This document shows positions 12,109 to 25,405 of a stretch of DNA of 64,000 nucleotides, in pieces. The notes below the pieces were generated by a model that was not told where the DNA came from, did not search any database, and worked only from the letters and a program-made list of their open reading frames with translations. Position numbers and translations under genes: made by a program. The first letter of the stretch is position 1, and every line of letters starts with the position of its first letter. The stretch is from Octopus sinensis (Eukaryota): assembly GCF_006345805.1 (NCBI RefSeq), contig NC_043013.1:50778001-50842000 (forward strand), written 5' to 3'.

Positions 12109-12215
12109 ATAGTAGCAGTAGTAATAGTAGTAGTTGTAGTAGTAGCAGTTGTAATAGTAGTAGTAATAGTAGTAGTTGTAGTAGCGGAAGTAGTAGTAGT
12201 AGTAGCAGTAGTAAT
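11815..12215. repeat. (GTA)n-based trinucleotide array with GCA/GTT/ATA variants
   Basis: Directly visible; gives poly-V/poly-L ORFs. Confidence 0.97.
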
Positions 12216-12439
12216 GAGAATAATTTACAAAAGTAGATTGTTAAATCTCCAAGAAAAATAAACTTTATTCTTGCTTCTATGTTCTGCCAAAAACAAAAAA
12301 AGAATTGAAAAAGGCCAAAACAAACTTCCACTATTGTTAAGCAGAAACTGTTTGATGGATGCTGTGGTAGAAATGGGGTAAAGTGGGGCAGACTTTCATC
12401 TGTAGACGAAGGTACTTTAGTGCTAAGCAACAATGTACA

Positions 12440-12487
<48 letters not shown>

Positions 12488-12615
12488 TGATGATGATAAT
12501 AATGTTAATAATAATAATGATGATGATAATAATGTTAATAATAATGATGATGATGATAATAATGTTAATAATAATAATGATGATGATAATAATGTTAATA
12601 ATAATAATAATGATG

Positions 12616-12646
<31 letters not shown>

Positions 12647-12825
12647 TTATAATAATTATAATAATAATGATGATAATAATAATGATAATAATAATAATAA
12701 TGATAATGACAATAATAATAATAATTATAATAATGATAATAATAATAATAATAATGATAATAATAATTATAATAATAATGGTGATAATAATAATAATGAT
12801 AATAATAATAATAATAATAATAATG

Positions 12826-12856
<31 letters not shown>

Positions 12857-12891
12857 CAATAATAATAATAATTATAATAATGATAATAATG

Positions 12892-12921
<30 letters not shown>
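12440..12921. repeat. (AAT)n/(GAT)n array with higher-order sub-repeats of about 30 bp
   Basis: Directly visible; AATGTTAATAATAATGATGATGAT recurs. Confidence 0.97.
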
Positions 12922-12924
<3 letters not shown>

Positions 12925-13335
12925 GCCCTGATGCAGTACCAGGCAGTGGCTCTCCTGGCTTCTGATCTTAACTGATTGGAAGTGTTATCATGTACATTGT
13001 TTTTCTTGGTATAAAAGATGAGGTACAGCAAATATTCTGCTCAATACCACAGATTTGCGGGTGTTTCGTTCAACAACCTTAAACAACCCTTATTCAGGGA
13101 CCTTTGGAGCAGGATGGGTTACTCAACCAGAAGAAAATTCTAACTGGGCCCCATCTGCAAGGTCATGTGCTGTTAATCTTGATATGAGATCACCATGTCA
13201 TGCACATATGGTTGTGATGCATGTGCCTGGTGTACCCTTATCAGACGGGTAGCCATGATGGGTATACTAGGCTTCGTATATTTGTACCCCAGTGTCACTT
13301 TGATGGCATGCACTGCTCTCTCACTCAATAATAAT
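12922..13335. mobile_element. Family D interspersed repeat (internally deleted)
   Basis: Matches 16045-16600; inverse of 57055-57605. Confidence 0.8.
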
Positions 13336-13679
13336 AATAATAATAATAATAGTAATAATAATAATAATCCTTTCTAATAATCCTTTCACAAGGCCTGAAA
13401 TTTTCAAGGTGGGGCAACTTGATTACGTCAACCCCTGTGGCTCATCTGGTAGGTATTTTTATTGACTTGGAAAGGTTTAAAGGCAAAGTTGACCTCGGCA
13501 GGAATTTGAACTCAGAAAGTAAAGGTGGACGGAGTGGTGCTAATTATTTTGCCTGGCATGCTAATGATTCTGCCAGTAACCATCCTCATCGTTTATATCA
13601 TCACCATCAATGCCATCATGTTGGTGATCATCATCATGATCGTCCTCACCGCCACTTTCACCACCATGATTCCTAACTA

Positions 13680-14250
13680 TACCATCATCACCACAACCAC
13701 TAACACTTCAACCACTTCTAATCTGAACGCCACAACCACTACCATCATAACGAACTCTACCACTAACACCACCACTAACACCACCACAACTATAACATCT
13801 CCACCCACACGACCACTGTCCATTACCATTAATTGTCACCACCACCATCACCACCACCACCAGCACGACCACCACCACCACCACTACTACTACTACTACT
13901 ACCACCACCACCACTACTACTACCACCACCAGCACTACTACTACTACCACCAGCACCAGCACTACTACTACTACCACCAGCACTACCAGCGCTACCGCTA
14001 CCACCACCAGCAGCACCACCACCACCATCACCAATACTACTACCACCACCAGCACCACCACCACTACTACTACCAGCACCAGCACCACCACTACTACTAC
14101 TGCTACCACCACCAACACTACCACCATTGCCATCACTACCAGTGTCATAGCACCACCATTAACAACACAATCACTACTGCCCCTGTCACTACCATTAACC
14201 AGACTCCTCACCCTTCCACAACCACCATCACCACCATCACCACCATCATG
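13680..14250. repeat. (CAC/TAC/CAG)n trinucleotide array
   Basis: Directly visible; His/Pro/Thr ORFs are repeat translations. Confidence 0.95.
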
Positions 14251-14282
14251 TAAAATATGTTATCTGTCATTGTTATTCTGTC

Positions 14283-14511
14283 ATTGAACTAATCTGACAT
14301 TCTGTTTTTGTCTGATGTTCTGTTTGCCTTACATTCTGTCTGTCTTATATTCTGTTAGTCTGACATTCTGCCCATCTGACATTCTGCTAATGACATTCAT
14401 TTGGTCTGACATCTTGCTTATCTGACATTCTGTTAATCTGACATTCTGTTTGTTTGACATTCTTTTTGCCTGGTGTTCTGTTTGTCTTCCATTCTGCTAA
14501 TCTGACATTCA
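14283..14511. repeat. Degenerate minisatellite, unit about 15-16 bp (consensus near TCTGACATTCTGTTAA), about 14 copies
   Basis: CTGACATTCTG and variants recur at near-constant spacing. Confidence 0.8.
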
Positions 14512-14622
14512 AAGTAAATACAACCAATTGGATGGACATTTTTATTTGACTGAGAGGTGAAAGGTCAAGTTATCTTTGAATATTAAATGTACCACTTCAT
14601 AACAACCCTAATGATGATAACA

Positions 14623-14654
<32 letters not shown>

Positions 14655-14989
14655 AATTTCTTTTATTTGCCATAAGGGCAAATGACAAGAGTGTTATAGG
14701 AGATGACTGTTGACTAGAAATTTTGAGAACTTTGTTATAAGTAAGCAATAAAAAATGTATTTACAAAGCAATGTTTTCCTTGTTCCTTAATTTTAAACTG
14801 AAATTTCCAATCCCACCAAATACTATGAAGAAATGATTACCTCCCTTGCATTAACTGTCTAGTATGGGACACCATAGGTTTGATAATGTGTGAGATATAT
14901 ATATGTTGAAATTAAATAAATGGGAAGAAAGAAACTGAAAGGAGACAGTACAGAAATTTCTATAATGCATGCGGAATGGTTTCATTCCC

Positions 14990-15189
14990 CTCTTTTACTC
15001 TTTTACTTGTTTCAGTCATTTGACTGCGGCCATACTGGAGCACTGCTTTTAGTCGAGCAAATCGACCCCAAGACATATTCTTTGTAAGCCTAGTACTTAT
15101 TCTATTGGTCTCTTTGCCAAACTGCTAAGTTACAGGGATGCAAACACACCAGCATCGGTTGTCAGATGATGTTGGGGGGACAAACACAG

Positions 15190-15239
<50 letters not shown>

Positions 15240-15455
15240 CTTATATATATATATACATACATATATATATATATATTATATATATATATATACATACAAG
15301 GCGTCTTTCAGTTTCTATCTGCCAAATCCACTTACAAGGCTTTGGTCGGCCCATGACTATAGTAGAAGACACTTGCCCAAGGTGCCACGCAGTGGGACTG
15401 AACCTGGAACCATGTGGTTGGTAAGCAAGCTACTTACCACACAGCCGCTCCTATA
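14990..15455 (-). mobile_element. Family A SINE
   Basis: Homologous to 8081-8505 over its length. Confidence 0.85.
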
Positions 15456-15559
15456 TCTCAGACAAGCTTGGCTAAGAGTATCTCTATGCTTGTGGGGTTT
15501 ATCTCAAACTAGCATCACAGCCATACCAGTGATTTTTGGAAATTTCATTCATAGCTCTC

Positions 15560-15989
15560 AGGGCTGAAATTTTTGTTGGTTAGGGGGCTAGTCAAGTAGA
15601 TTGCACCCAGTGCTCAACTGGTACTTATTTCATTGGCCCTCAACGGCAAAAACTTCAGTGGTGTTTGAACTCAGAGTGTAAAGGCAGACAAAATTCTACT
15701 AAGCATTTTGTTTGTTGCACTAAAGATTCTACCATCACCTTAACAATAATAACGATGATCCTTTCTGGTGGAAGCACAAGGCTTCGAATTTGGGGCACGG
15801 GATTAAGTTGATTACATCGACCCCAGTATGCAGCTCATACTTAATTTATCGACCCAGAAAGGATGAAGGGCAAAGTCGACCTCGGCAGAATTTGAACACA
15901 GAACGCAGTAGCAGACAAAATACTGCTAAGTATTTTGTGTGGCATGATAATGATTTTACTAGCTTGCTTAGTGATAATAATAATATTAT

Positions 15990-16025
<36 letters not shown>

Positions 16026-16601
16026 GATAAGAAGAATAAGAATAATAATCCTGATGCAGTACCAGACAGTGGCTCTCATGGCTTTTGATCTTAATTGATC
16101 GGAAGTGTTATCATGTATATTGTTTTGTTTTGGTATAAAAGATGAGCTACAGCAAATATTCTGCTCAGTACAACAAATTTGCTTGTCAGTTGTTTGACCT
16201 TAAGTAATTGAGCATGTCCCTTGGTGGCTGACGATATGTGCATCTCTGATCACAAGCAGAAGTAGTGGGGGAGCATCATTGCCATGTGTTGAGAGGGATT
16301 CTTTGGGGTTTGAATAATTCACCTCTAGAAACATGGGTGTTTTGTTCAACATCCTTAAGCAACCCTTATTCAGGGACCTTTTGAGTAGGATGGGTTACTC
16401 GACCTGAAGAAAATTCTAACTGGGCCCCACCTGCAAGGTCATGTGCTATTTATCTTGATATGAGATCACTATGTCGCACACATATGGTTGTGATGCATGT
16501 GCCGGGTGTACCCTTATCAGACGGGTAGTCATGATGGGTATACTCTGCTTTGTATATTTTACCCCAGTGTCACTTTGATGGCATGCACTGCTCTCTCAGT
16601 C

Positions 16602-16649
<48 letters not shown>

Positions 16650-17045
16650 CCTTTCTACTGAAGGCATAAGGCCTGAAATTCGTGGGATGGGGACTAGTTG
16701 ATTACATCAACCCCAGTGTTTCACTGGTACTTAACTTATTAGCCGTGAAAGGATGGAAGACAAAGTCGACCTCGGCGCAGTTAGAACTCAGAATGTAACG
16801 GCAGACAAAATACCTATTTCTTTACTACCCACAAGGAGCTAAACATAGAGTGGGCAAACAAGGACAGACAAAGGGATTAAGTCAATTATATCGACCCCAG
16901 TGCGTAACTGGTACTTATTTAACTGACCCCGAAAGGATGAAAGGCAAAGTCGACCTCGACGGAATTTGAACTCAGAACGTAACAGCAGACGAAATACTGC
17001 TAAGCATTTCGCCAGGCGTACTAACGTTTCTGCCAGCTTGTCACC

Positions 17046-17047
<2 letters not shown>
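15560..17047 (-). mobile_element. Cluster of family B SINEs (about 15560-15985 and 16650-17047) around a family D copy (16045-16600)
   Basis: Recurrent GAAAGGATGAAAGGCAAAGTCGACCTCG.CGGAATTTGAACTCAGAA; (AAT)n spacers. Confidence 0.8.
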
Positions 17048-17084
<37 letters not shown>

Positions 17085-17150
17085 GTATTGTTGTAGCTAG
17101 TTAGTACAGTTAGATTATTAAAAAGTGTTTATTTATATATAATTTTTCAG

Positions 17151-17347
17151 TTTTAGCGATTTTTTATGGACAATAAAAATTGATGTAATTGTTGATGTGA
17201 GAGAGACACTTGTTGTTGCAAAACATTATCAAAACCCAAAGAGATTGTTTGGAATCTCACGGGTGGAGTCATGACAAATCTAAAGAAAATTGCTAGAAAA
17301 GCAAAATCCCATTTTGCACCAACGCCAATTGGGTTGGTATCAGATAA
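17151..17347 (+). other. Candidate exon of an unidentified host gene (possible start codon at 17271, MTNLKKIARKAKSHFAPTPIGLVSD, phase-2 donor)
   Basis: Non-repetitive island bounded by acceptor TAATTTTTCAG| and donor ATAA|GTGAGT. No homology recognised. Confidence 0.3.
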
Positions 17348-17494
17348 GTGAGTAAACCAGGGTTTTCTTAAATCTGATATATCTGATAAGACTTGAGGGC
17401 TTATCTTTTCAAACATACTGTTCATTCAGTTTGTTGTCTGCATTTCTTTATTATCATCATCATCACCACCACTACCACCACCACCAATACTACC

Positions 17495-17527
<33 letters not shown>

Positions 17528-17694
17528 GTTTTGCTTCAGTCCTCCTCTTGCATGGAATTTGTGCAGAAAGAGCGTACATACTGTGTATGCTCTTTCACAT
17601 GTTGCCCATGTTTCAGTTGTTAAACTGTGACCATGCTGGAGCACCCCTTTGATATGTTTTATATTGATTTAGGTGAAGGTATGGCTGTGCGGTA

Positions 17695-18140
17695 AAGGTG
17701 GCGAGTTGGCAGAATCGTTAGCACGCCGGGTGAAATGTGTAGCCGTATTTCGTCTGCCGTTACGTTCTGAGTTCAAATTCCGCTGAGGTCGACTTTGCAT
17801 TTCATCCTTTCAGGGTCAATAAATTAAGTACCAGTTACGCACTGGGGTCAATCTAATCAACTTAATCCGTCTCTCTGTCCTTGTTTGTCTCCTCTGTGTT
17901 TAGCCCCTTGTGGGTAGTAAAGAAATAGGTATGGCTGTGCTGTAAAGAAGATCGCTTTGCGAGCCTGTGGTTTCAGGTTCAGACCCACTGCATGACACCT
18001 TGAACAAGTGTCTTCTACTCAAGCCCTAACCTAACCGAAGCCTTGTGATTGGATTTGATAGAATTTGGTAGAAACTGTGTGGAAGGCCATTGTGTGTTTT
18101 TAGAGAAGAATGGAAACGAAGGACTCTGTATGATGTTGAC
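17695..18140 (+). mobile_element. Family B SINE followed by the 5' half of a family A SINE
   Basis: Well-preserved family B (GGTGGCGAGTTGGCAGAATCGTTAGCACGCCGGG...), then GGTATGGCTGTGCTGTAAAG. Confidence 0.8.
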
Positions 18141-18382
18141 ATGAAGGTAAGCTGACAGAAACACACATACACACCCACACAACACACATAGACGTACATG
18201 TATCTGTCTGTTTGTCTGCCTGTCTATCGATCTATCTGCCTGTCTGTCTATCTGCCTGTCTGTCAATCTGTCTGTCTGTCTGCCTGTCTGTCTGTGTCTA
18301 TCTGTCTATCTATCTGTCTATCTGTTATTCTATCTGTCTATCTGTTATTCTATCTGTCTATTTGTCTATCTGCCTGTCTATC

Positions 18383-18427
<45 letters not shown>

Positions 18428-19116
18428 CTGTCCATCCGTCCATCTATCTATCTTAGTTTGTTTCTTTGTCTATGTATCTACCTACCCAACTACCCACCCA
18501 CTCATCTATCTATCCATCCAACCAACCAACCAACCAAACCAACCAACGAACCAACCAACGAACTGGAAACTCTTAAACAAGTATTGCCCTTAACAGGACC
18601 AGAAACCCTACAAAGGACAACCATGCAATATCAATGTATGGTGTACAATATATACAACAAAACCAACATAAACCAAGAAATCAAGGACCCTTAAACAAGT
18701 CCACCAGATCTACTCACATTGCTAGAACAGAAGATGCCTGCCGAAGGTGCCATACTGTGGGAATGAACCTGGAACCTTCTGGTAGGGAATCAAGATTCTT
18801 ACCATACAATGATACCTGCGCCTATATGGCGTGTTTGCACCTATATACCACATGTGTGACTGTGTGTGTGTGTGTGTGTGTGTGTGTGACTGTGTGTGTG
18901 TGTGTGTGTGTGTGAGTGTGTGTGTGTGCATGTGTGTGTGTGTGTGTGTGTGTGCATGTGTGAGTGTGTGCATGCATGTATGATGGTGGTCTTTTATGCT
19001 TTGAAGAAAAAATGTCATTTTTGTCAAAAATACTTTTAATTAATATATAAGTACACACACACACACACACATATATAAACACACATATATATTGATAACA
19101 CACACACACGTATATG

Positions 19117-19169
<53 letters not shown>

Positions 19170-19723
19170 GTACATATATGTATATATACATATATATATA
19201 TATAATATATATATATATTATATACCACATATGCTCACACACACACTCACGTACACATATTTACCCCTGAAATACAAAGAAACACACAAAAGGAACAGAA
19301 ATAACAACAACAACAACAACAAAATAGCAAAATAAAAAACCTATAAATGTAAATAGCCTTCATATTTTTTTTTTTATTTTATTTTTTTTTTTGGTTCTTT
19401 CTGTCTTACTAAATCCATGCAGGTTTAAAAACAACATCAATCGTTAAAGATGATGGATCTCAGTGCAATCTACACAGAATAACACTTTTCTGAATAGAGT
19501 TAATTTCGTTCTATGCTCACTCTTTGAAAAATATGCATTGTTTTCGAGTATGTCTAAAATAGAGCCGGCTTTTGTTTATTATTTCTGAATCCCTAGCTTT
19601 CTTCATTGTTGGCTTGTCAGCCATGTTGACTGTTCTTCTCTTCCTTTTGTTATTTTTCTTTCATTTTAAATATATATATTTCTGAAGAAGGAAACATATA
19701 CACACACACACACACACATATAT

Positions 19724-19823
19724 NNNNNNNNNNNNNNNNNNNNNNNNNNNNNNNNNNNNNNNNNNNNNNNNNNNNNNNNNNNNNNNNNNNNNNNNNNNNN
19801 NNNNNNNNNNNNNNNNNNNNNNN
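19724..19823. other. Assembly gap (exactly 100 N)
   Basis: A run of 100 N is typical of a scaffolding placeholder; true distance and contiguity are unknown. Confidence 0.99.
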
Positions 19824-19849
19824 ATACGTTGTTCCTGCTACTGATGTTC

Positions 19850-21225
19850 ATGAAGCCATGTGGCTCTGTGGTGAGGGCATTTGGCACATGATTGTAAGGT
19901 CATGTGTTCAGTTCCTGGTGGTGCATTCAGTCCTTGAGCAAGACACGTTATTTCACATTGCCCCACTCCTCCCAGCTGGCAAAAATGAGTACCTGTAATT
20001 CGAAGGGACCAGCCATGTAACATTCTTATTTCTTTATTGCCCACAAGGGGCTAAGCATAGAGGGGACAAACAAGGACAGACAAAGGGATTAAGTCGATTA
20101 GATCGACTCCAGTGCGCAACTGGTACTTAATTTATCGACTCCGAAAGGATGAAAGGCAAAGTCGACCTTGGCGGAATTTGAACTCAGAACGTAACGCTAA
20201 GTGTTTCGCCCAGTGTGCTAACGATTCTGCCAGCTCGCTGCCTTATCACATGTCACATTGTGTGACACGCTGAATCTCTCTAAAAACTACATTAAGTGCA
20301 TACATATCTGCGGAGTACTCAGCCATTTGCATGTTAATTTGTGAAGAAAGGTAGTTTAATGGTTAGAGTATTTGGCTCCCAATTGTAAGGTCGTGAGATC
20401 GATTCCCAGCTGAGCCTTGTGTCCTTGAGCAAGACACTTTATTTCACGTTGCTCCAGTCCACTCAGCTCGCAAAAATGGTTTGTACCGGTAATTGCAAAG
20501 GGTCAACCTTGTTACATTGTGTGTGTCACACTGAATCTCCCTGAGAACTGCTTTAAGTGAATGCGTGTCTGTGGTGTACTCAGCCATCTACATGTTAATT
20601 TGTGAAGACACAGAGCTTAGTGGTTAGGGTATTTGGCACATGATCGTAAGGTCATGACTTCGATTCTCAAGGGTTCTTTGTGTCCTTGAGCAAGACACTT
20701 TATTCCACATCACTCCACTCATCTAGCAAAAATGAGTTTCACCTGCAAGGGCCAGCCTTGTCACATTCTCTGTCACACTAAATCACCCTGAAAACTAAGT
20801 TAAAGGTATGCATGTCTGTGGAGTACTCGACCACTTAAACATCAATTTCCTGACAGACTGCCAGTTCTTATTGATGTTCATGTTGCAGCTGTCGTTATTG
20901 TCGTAACTGATGACATGCTTGTTGGAGGCACATGGCCTAGTGGTTAGAGCAGCAGACATGCGGTCGATGGATCGCCGGTTCGAATTTCAGACCGGGCGAT
21001 GTGTGTGTTTGTGAGCGAAAACACCAAAGCTCCATGCGGCTCCGGCAGAAGATAATGGCAAAACTTCTGCTGACTCTTTCGCCACAACTTTCTCTCACAC
21101 TTTCCTCCTGCATCTTGCAGCTCACCTGCGACGGACCGGCGTCCCGTCCAAGTGGGGAACATATACGCCAAGAAACCGGAAAACCGGCCCTTATGAGCCC
21201 AGTAGGGCTCGAGAAGGAACAAACA
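19850..21225 (+). mobile_element. Cluster of four family C-type SINEs, with a minus-strand family B insertion at about 20030-20245
   Basis: Repeated GGCTTAGTGGTTAG...GTGTCCTTGAGCAAGACAC.TTATTTCAC.TTGCTCCAGTCCACTCAGCT. Confidence 0.8.
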
Positions 21226-21415
21226 TACAACACATGCTTGTTGTCCCTGTTGTTGTCCTTGATCTTCTTGTTATTCACGTTGCTGCTGTTGTTATGTCAC
21301 TCTTGTTACTGTTTTATATTGTTTCGTTACTATGATTGTAAATGTTGTGCTTGATGTTGCTGTGGTTGTTTTAACTGCTGGTGTCATTCCAATCGTGGTT
21401 GGTTTCGTCATTGTT

Positions 21416-22442
21416 TACTCTGCCTTAGCGAAGGCGGAGGTATTGTTTTCAGTTGTGTTTGTTTGTTACACCATGGACAAGATATCTCAAGAACTGCTGG
21501 ATAGATTTGGATGAAACTTCCAGGGATGTTTGGCTTCATAACTGGCACGGACTCATTAGATTTTGGGATTGATCTTGCACTGAACAAGGATTCTGGGTTA
21601 TTTTCCCTGTTTTTTAAATTAATTTTTGAGAGCAGTCGGATTCATGTTTAATATTCTTATTTGTGAACGCAATCAAGTTTACTTCAGATATTCTTATTTT
21701 TAAAAATCATCTCTGGCTAATTGTTGAGAGGACGTTGGTGTTGCCTTGGTGGAGGTTTGCACTCTCTGAGTGCTCTTGTTATTACTATTATCACCTCCGC
21801 CTTAGCGAAGGCAGAGTTATTGTTTTCAGTTATGTTTGTTTGTTTGTCCGTGGACAAGATATCCCAAGAATCGCTGGATGGATTTGGATGAAACTTTCAT
21901 GGATATTTGGCCTCGTGACTGGCACAAAGTGATTAGATTCTGGGGTCGATCCAGTAACGGGCAAAGATTCTGGATTATTTTTCTTGTGTTTTCTTTTTAC
22001 TTAATTTTTGAGAGTGGTCAGGTTCATTTTTAGTATTCTCGTTTGTGAGAGCAGTCAAGTCTATTTCAGATACTCTCAATATTACAAACCATCTCTGGCT
22101 AATCATGGAGTGGGCATTGGTGCTGCCTTGGTGGAGGTCTGCACTCTCTGAATGCTCTTATGATTATTGTTATTACCTCCATTTGGCAAAGGAGAGAGGT
22201 ATTGTTTTCAGTCATATTTGTTTGTTTGTTTGGGATCGATCCAGCACTGAATAAGGATTCTGGGTTATTTTCCCTGTTTTTTAAATTAATTTTTGAGAGC
22301 AGTCGGGTTCATTTTTAGCATTTTCATTTGTGAGAGCAGTCGAGATTATTTCGGATACTCTCATTTTAAAAATCATCTCTGTCTAATCATTGAGAGGACG
22401 TTGGTGTTGCCTTGGCGGAGGTTTGCACTCTCTGAGTGCTCT
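21416..22442 (+). mobile_element. Three tandem Helentron-type non-autonomous elements (HINE/DINE-1-like): 21416-21775, 21792-22157, 22172-22442
   Basis: Each has subterminal inverted repeats CCTCCGCC..AAGG / CCTTGG(C/T)GGAGG, a (GTTT)n near the 5' end, a 3' hairpin GCACTC-TCT-GAGTGC and T-rich flanks. A fourth 5' part lies at 57612-57810. Confidence 0.75.
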
Positions 22443-22499
22443 CGTTATTATTTTGTTAGTGTTGTTCTTGTTGCAGTTGTTTTTCTGTTGTTGCTTTCG

Positions 22500-22571
22500 T
22501 AGTTGTTATTGCTTTTACTCATTGTTGTTGTTGCTGCTATTGTTGTTGTTATTGTTACTACTACCACCACC

Positions 22572-22618
<47 letters not shown>

Positions 22619-22925
22619 CACACTACCACCGTGGCTGCTGCTGCTACTACAACTACTACTACTACAGTTGTTGCTGATTGTTGCTGCTACTGTAGTTGTT
22701 GTTGCTGTTCTTGCTATTGTCACTGCTACAACTATAGTAGTAGTAGTAGTAGTTGTTATTGTTGTTGTGGTTGTTGTTACTGCTGCTGCCGCCGCCGCCG
22801 CCGCCGCCACCGCCACCACCACCACCACCACCGCTACCACCATTGCTATTGGTGCTGATTTTGCCATTGTTGTTGTTGTAATTGTTGTTGCTGTTTGTGT
22901 TACTGCTATTGTAGTTGTCTTTAGC
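22500..22925. repeat. Mixed (GTT)/(CTA)/(CCA)/(GCC)n trinucleotide array
   Basis: Directly visible. Confidence 0.95.
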
Positions 22926-23495
22926 TGCAAACCCTCTCCCACCCACACACCCAACCGACCACCCACCCACCCACACTGCAACCTTTCTTTAAACAAGTAT
23001 TTCAAGACCAGTTGTTTCTAACCCACCCACCCCTCGCCTCCCACTCACTTCAGCCTCCCACCCACCCCCACACTCCAACCCCCTCGAGCCACCCCTCTCT
23101 GCCACCACCTCCACCGCCCCCATCTTGTCTCTAACCTTTTAATTACAGTTTCAAAATGTCGCCATTATTATTGTTGTTGTTTTTTTTCTGTCATTTTATT
23201 TAATTAAAATTTATTTCTTCACCTTGGAGGGAGATGGAAGGTTTACTCTGTGTGTGTGTGTGTGTGTGCACATGTGTGTGTGTGCACATGTGTGTGTGTA
23301 TGTTTCAGTGTACATGCCTATGTGTTTGTGTGTGTGTGTTCCTGTATGTGTGAATATGTATATGTGTCAGTATATGCCTATGTGTGTGTGTATGTGTTAG
23401 CATGTCCTGTGTGTGTTTGTATGTATCTGTGTATGTGCCTGTATGTATGCAGGTATGTGTGTGTACCTAAGTAAGGTCCTATGTGTGTATGTATG

Positions 23496-23529
<34 letters not shown>

Positions 23530-23963
23530 TGTATGTATGTGTGCGTGCGTGCATGCATATGCCTCTGTGTGTATATATAAATCTAAGTATGTGTGTGCGT
23601 GTGTGTATGTATCTGCTTGAGTTTATGCTCGTCTATATGTACCCATGTATGTGTATGTATGCATTTGTGTATGTAAATGTGTATCATCATTACCAGCATT
23701 GCCATCATCATCGTTTAACATCTGTTTTTCCATGCTGGCATGGGTTGGACAGTTTGACATGGAGCTGACCAGGTTGGGGCTATCCAGACTCATAATGCCT
23801 GCTGTGGCATGGTTGCCTTTCCTAATGCCAGCCACTTAGCAGAGTGTGCCAAGCGTGTGTGTATATACCTGTGTGTGTGTGTGTGTTTATACCTGTATAT
23901 AGGAAATGTGTGTATGTATGTATATATGTATGTGTGTATTTATATACATATTGAATATACATA

Positions 23964-24553
23964 TAGGCCCAGGTGTGGCTGTGTGGTTATAAGTTTCCTT
24001 CCCAACTACATAGTTCTGGGTTCAGTCCCATTGCGTAGCACCTATGGCATGTGTCTTCTACTATAGCCTCAGGCTGACCAAAGCTTTATGAAAGAAGCCT
24101 GTCGTGTGTGTATATGTATATATGTATATATCTATGTGTGTGCCATTGTGTTTGTCCATCCCATCACCACTTGACAACCGATGTTGATGTGTTTATGTCC
24201 CCATAACTTAGCAGTTCAGTAAGAGAGTCTAATAGAATAAGTACTAGGCTTAAAAAAAATAAGTTCTGGGGGTCGATTTCTTTGACTGAAACCCTTCAAG
24301 GCAGTGCTCCAGCATGGCTGCAGGCAAAGGACTGAAACAAATAAAAGAATATATATATATATGATATGTATATATATATATATATATATATGATATATCA
24401 GATATATATGATGATATATCAGAAGTGGCTGTGTGGTAAGTAGCTTGCTTACCAACCACATGGTTCCGGGTTCAGTCCCACTGCATAGCACCTTGGGCTG
24501 AACAAAGCCTTGTGAGTGGATTTGGTAGACAGAAACTGAAAGAAGCCTGTCAT

Positions 24554-24593
<40 letters not shown>

Positions 24594-24790
24594 TACCCCC
24601 AACATCACTTCACAACCAATGCTGGTGTGTTTACGTCCCTGTAACTTAGGAGTTCAGTAAAAGAGACCGATAGAATAAGTACTAGGCTTACAAAGAATAA
24701 GTCCTGGGGTCGATTTGCTCTACTAAAAGGCAGTGCTCCAGCATGACCACAGTCAAATGACTGAAACACGTAAACGAATAAAAGAACATA
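23964..24790 (+). mobile_element. Two tandem family A SINEs (about 23964-24350 and 24423-24790)
   Basis: Both begin GTGGCTGTGTGG and end GACTGAAACA..TAAA.GAATA. Confidence 0.85.
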
Positions 24791-25231
24791 TATATACATA
24801 TATTACTTAATGAATGAATGACCAGAGAACATCAGAAATATATCTGACCCTTCGTGTTTGACCCTCTGGCTGATACCTGAGGAGTTGGTGACCTTTGTGT
24901 TTTCTGTTCCCCTGTTTATTTACCACATGTTTTTTTAAAATTATATATATATAATTTTAATGGCGGTGCCCCAGCATGGCCACAGCTCGTGAGCTGAAAC
25001 TAGATAAAATAAAAAAAATAAAAAATATATATATATATATATATATAGTTATCCGTAATAATGAAGGGTGAAATTAATTAATTTGGAATAATTATCAATT
25101 ACACCAAGTAGAGATCTCCCTTTTTAGTAGAAGAAATAGCTATAACTCTTTGACTGCTATTTCTAAATTCGGTATGTGGTAAGGCAATTCGTTGCTAAAC
25201 CCTTTATTGCTTAGTATGTATATATATATAT

Positions 25232-25405
25232 TGGAAGGTTTGGAGATGATGTACAGGTATTATATATTAGAAGAAATGAGGTAATCAGAAGATCGGATGG
25301 TTCATATTTACAGATATTTATTTATATATTACATTTTTTACATATATATATCATATCACTTAGATCATTAGCGCTTTCTCCCATTCTAGTGGGGTTTTCA
25401 AATCA
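25232..25405. mobile_element. (TA)n-embedded interspersed repeat, same family as the 45.6-kb foldback
   Basis: AAGGTTTGGAGATGATGTACAGGTATTATATATTAGAAGAAATGAGG...CTAGTGGGGTTTTCAAATC closely matches 45628-45797. Confidence 0.8.

Noticed and set aside
25128-25170. Hairpins GAAATAGC/GCTATTTC (25.1 kb) and ACAAACCC/GGGTTTGT (about 25860-25880)
   Set aside because: Real short inverted repeats, but no ribozyme core or CTRR terminus; element type cannot be supported.
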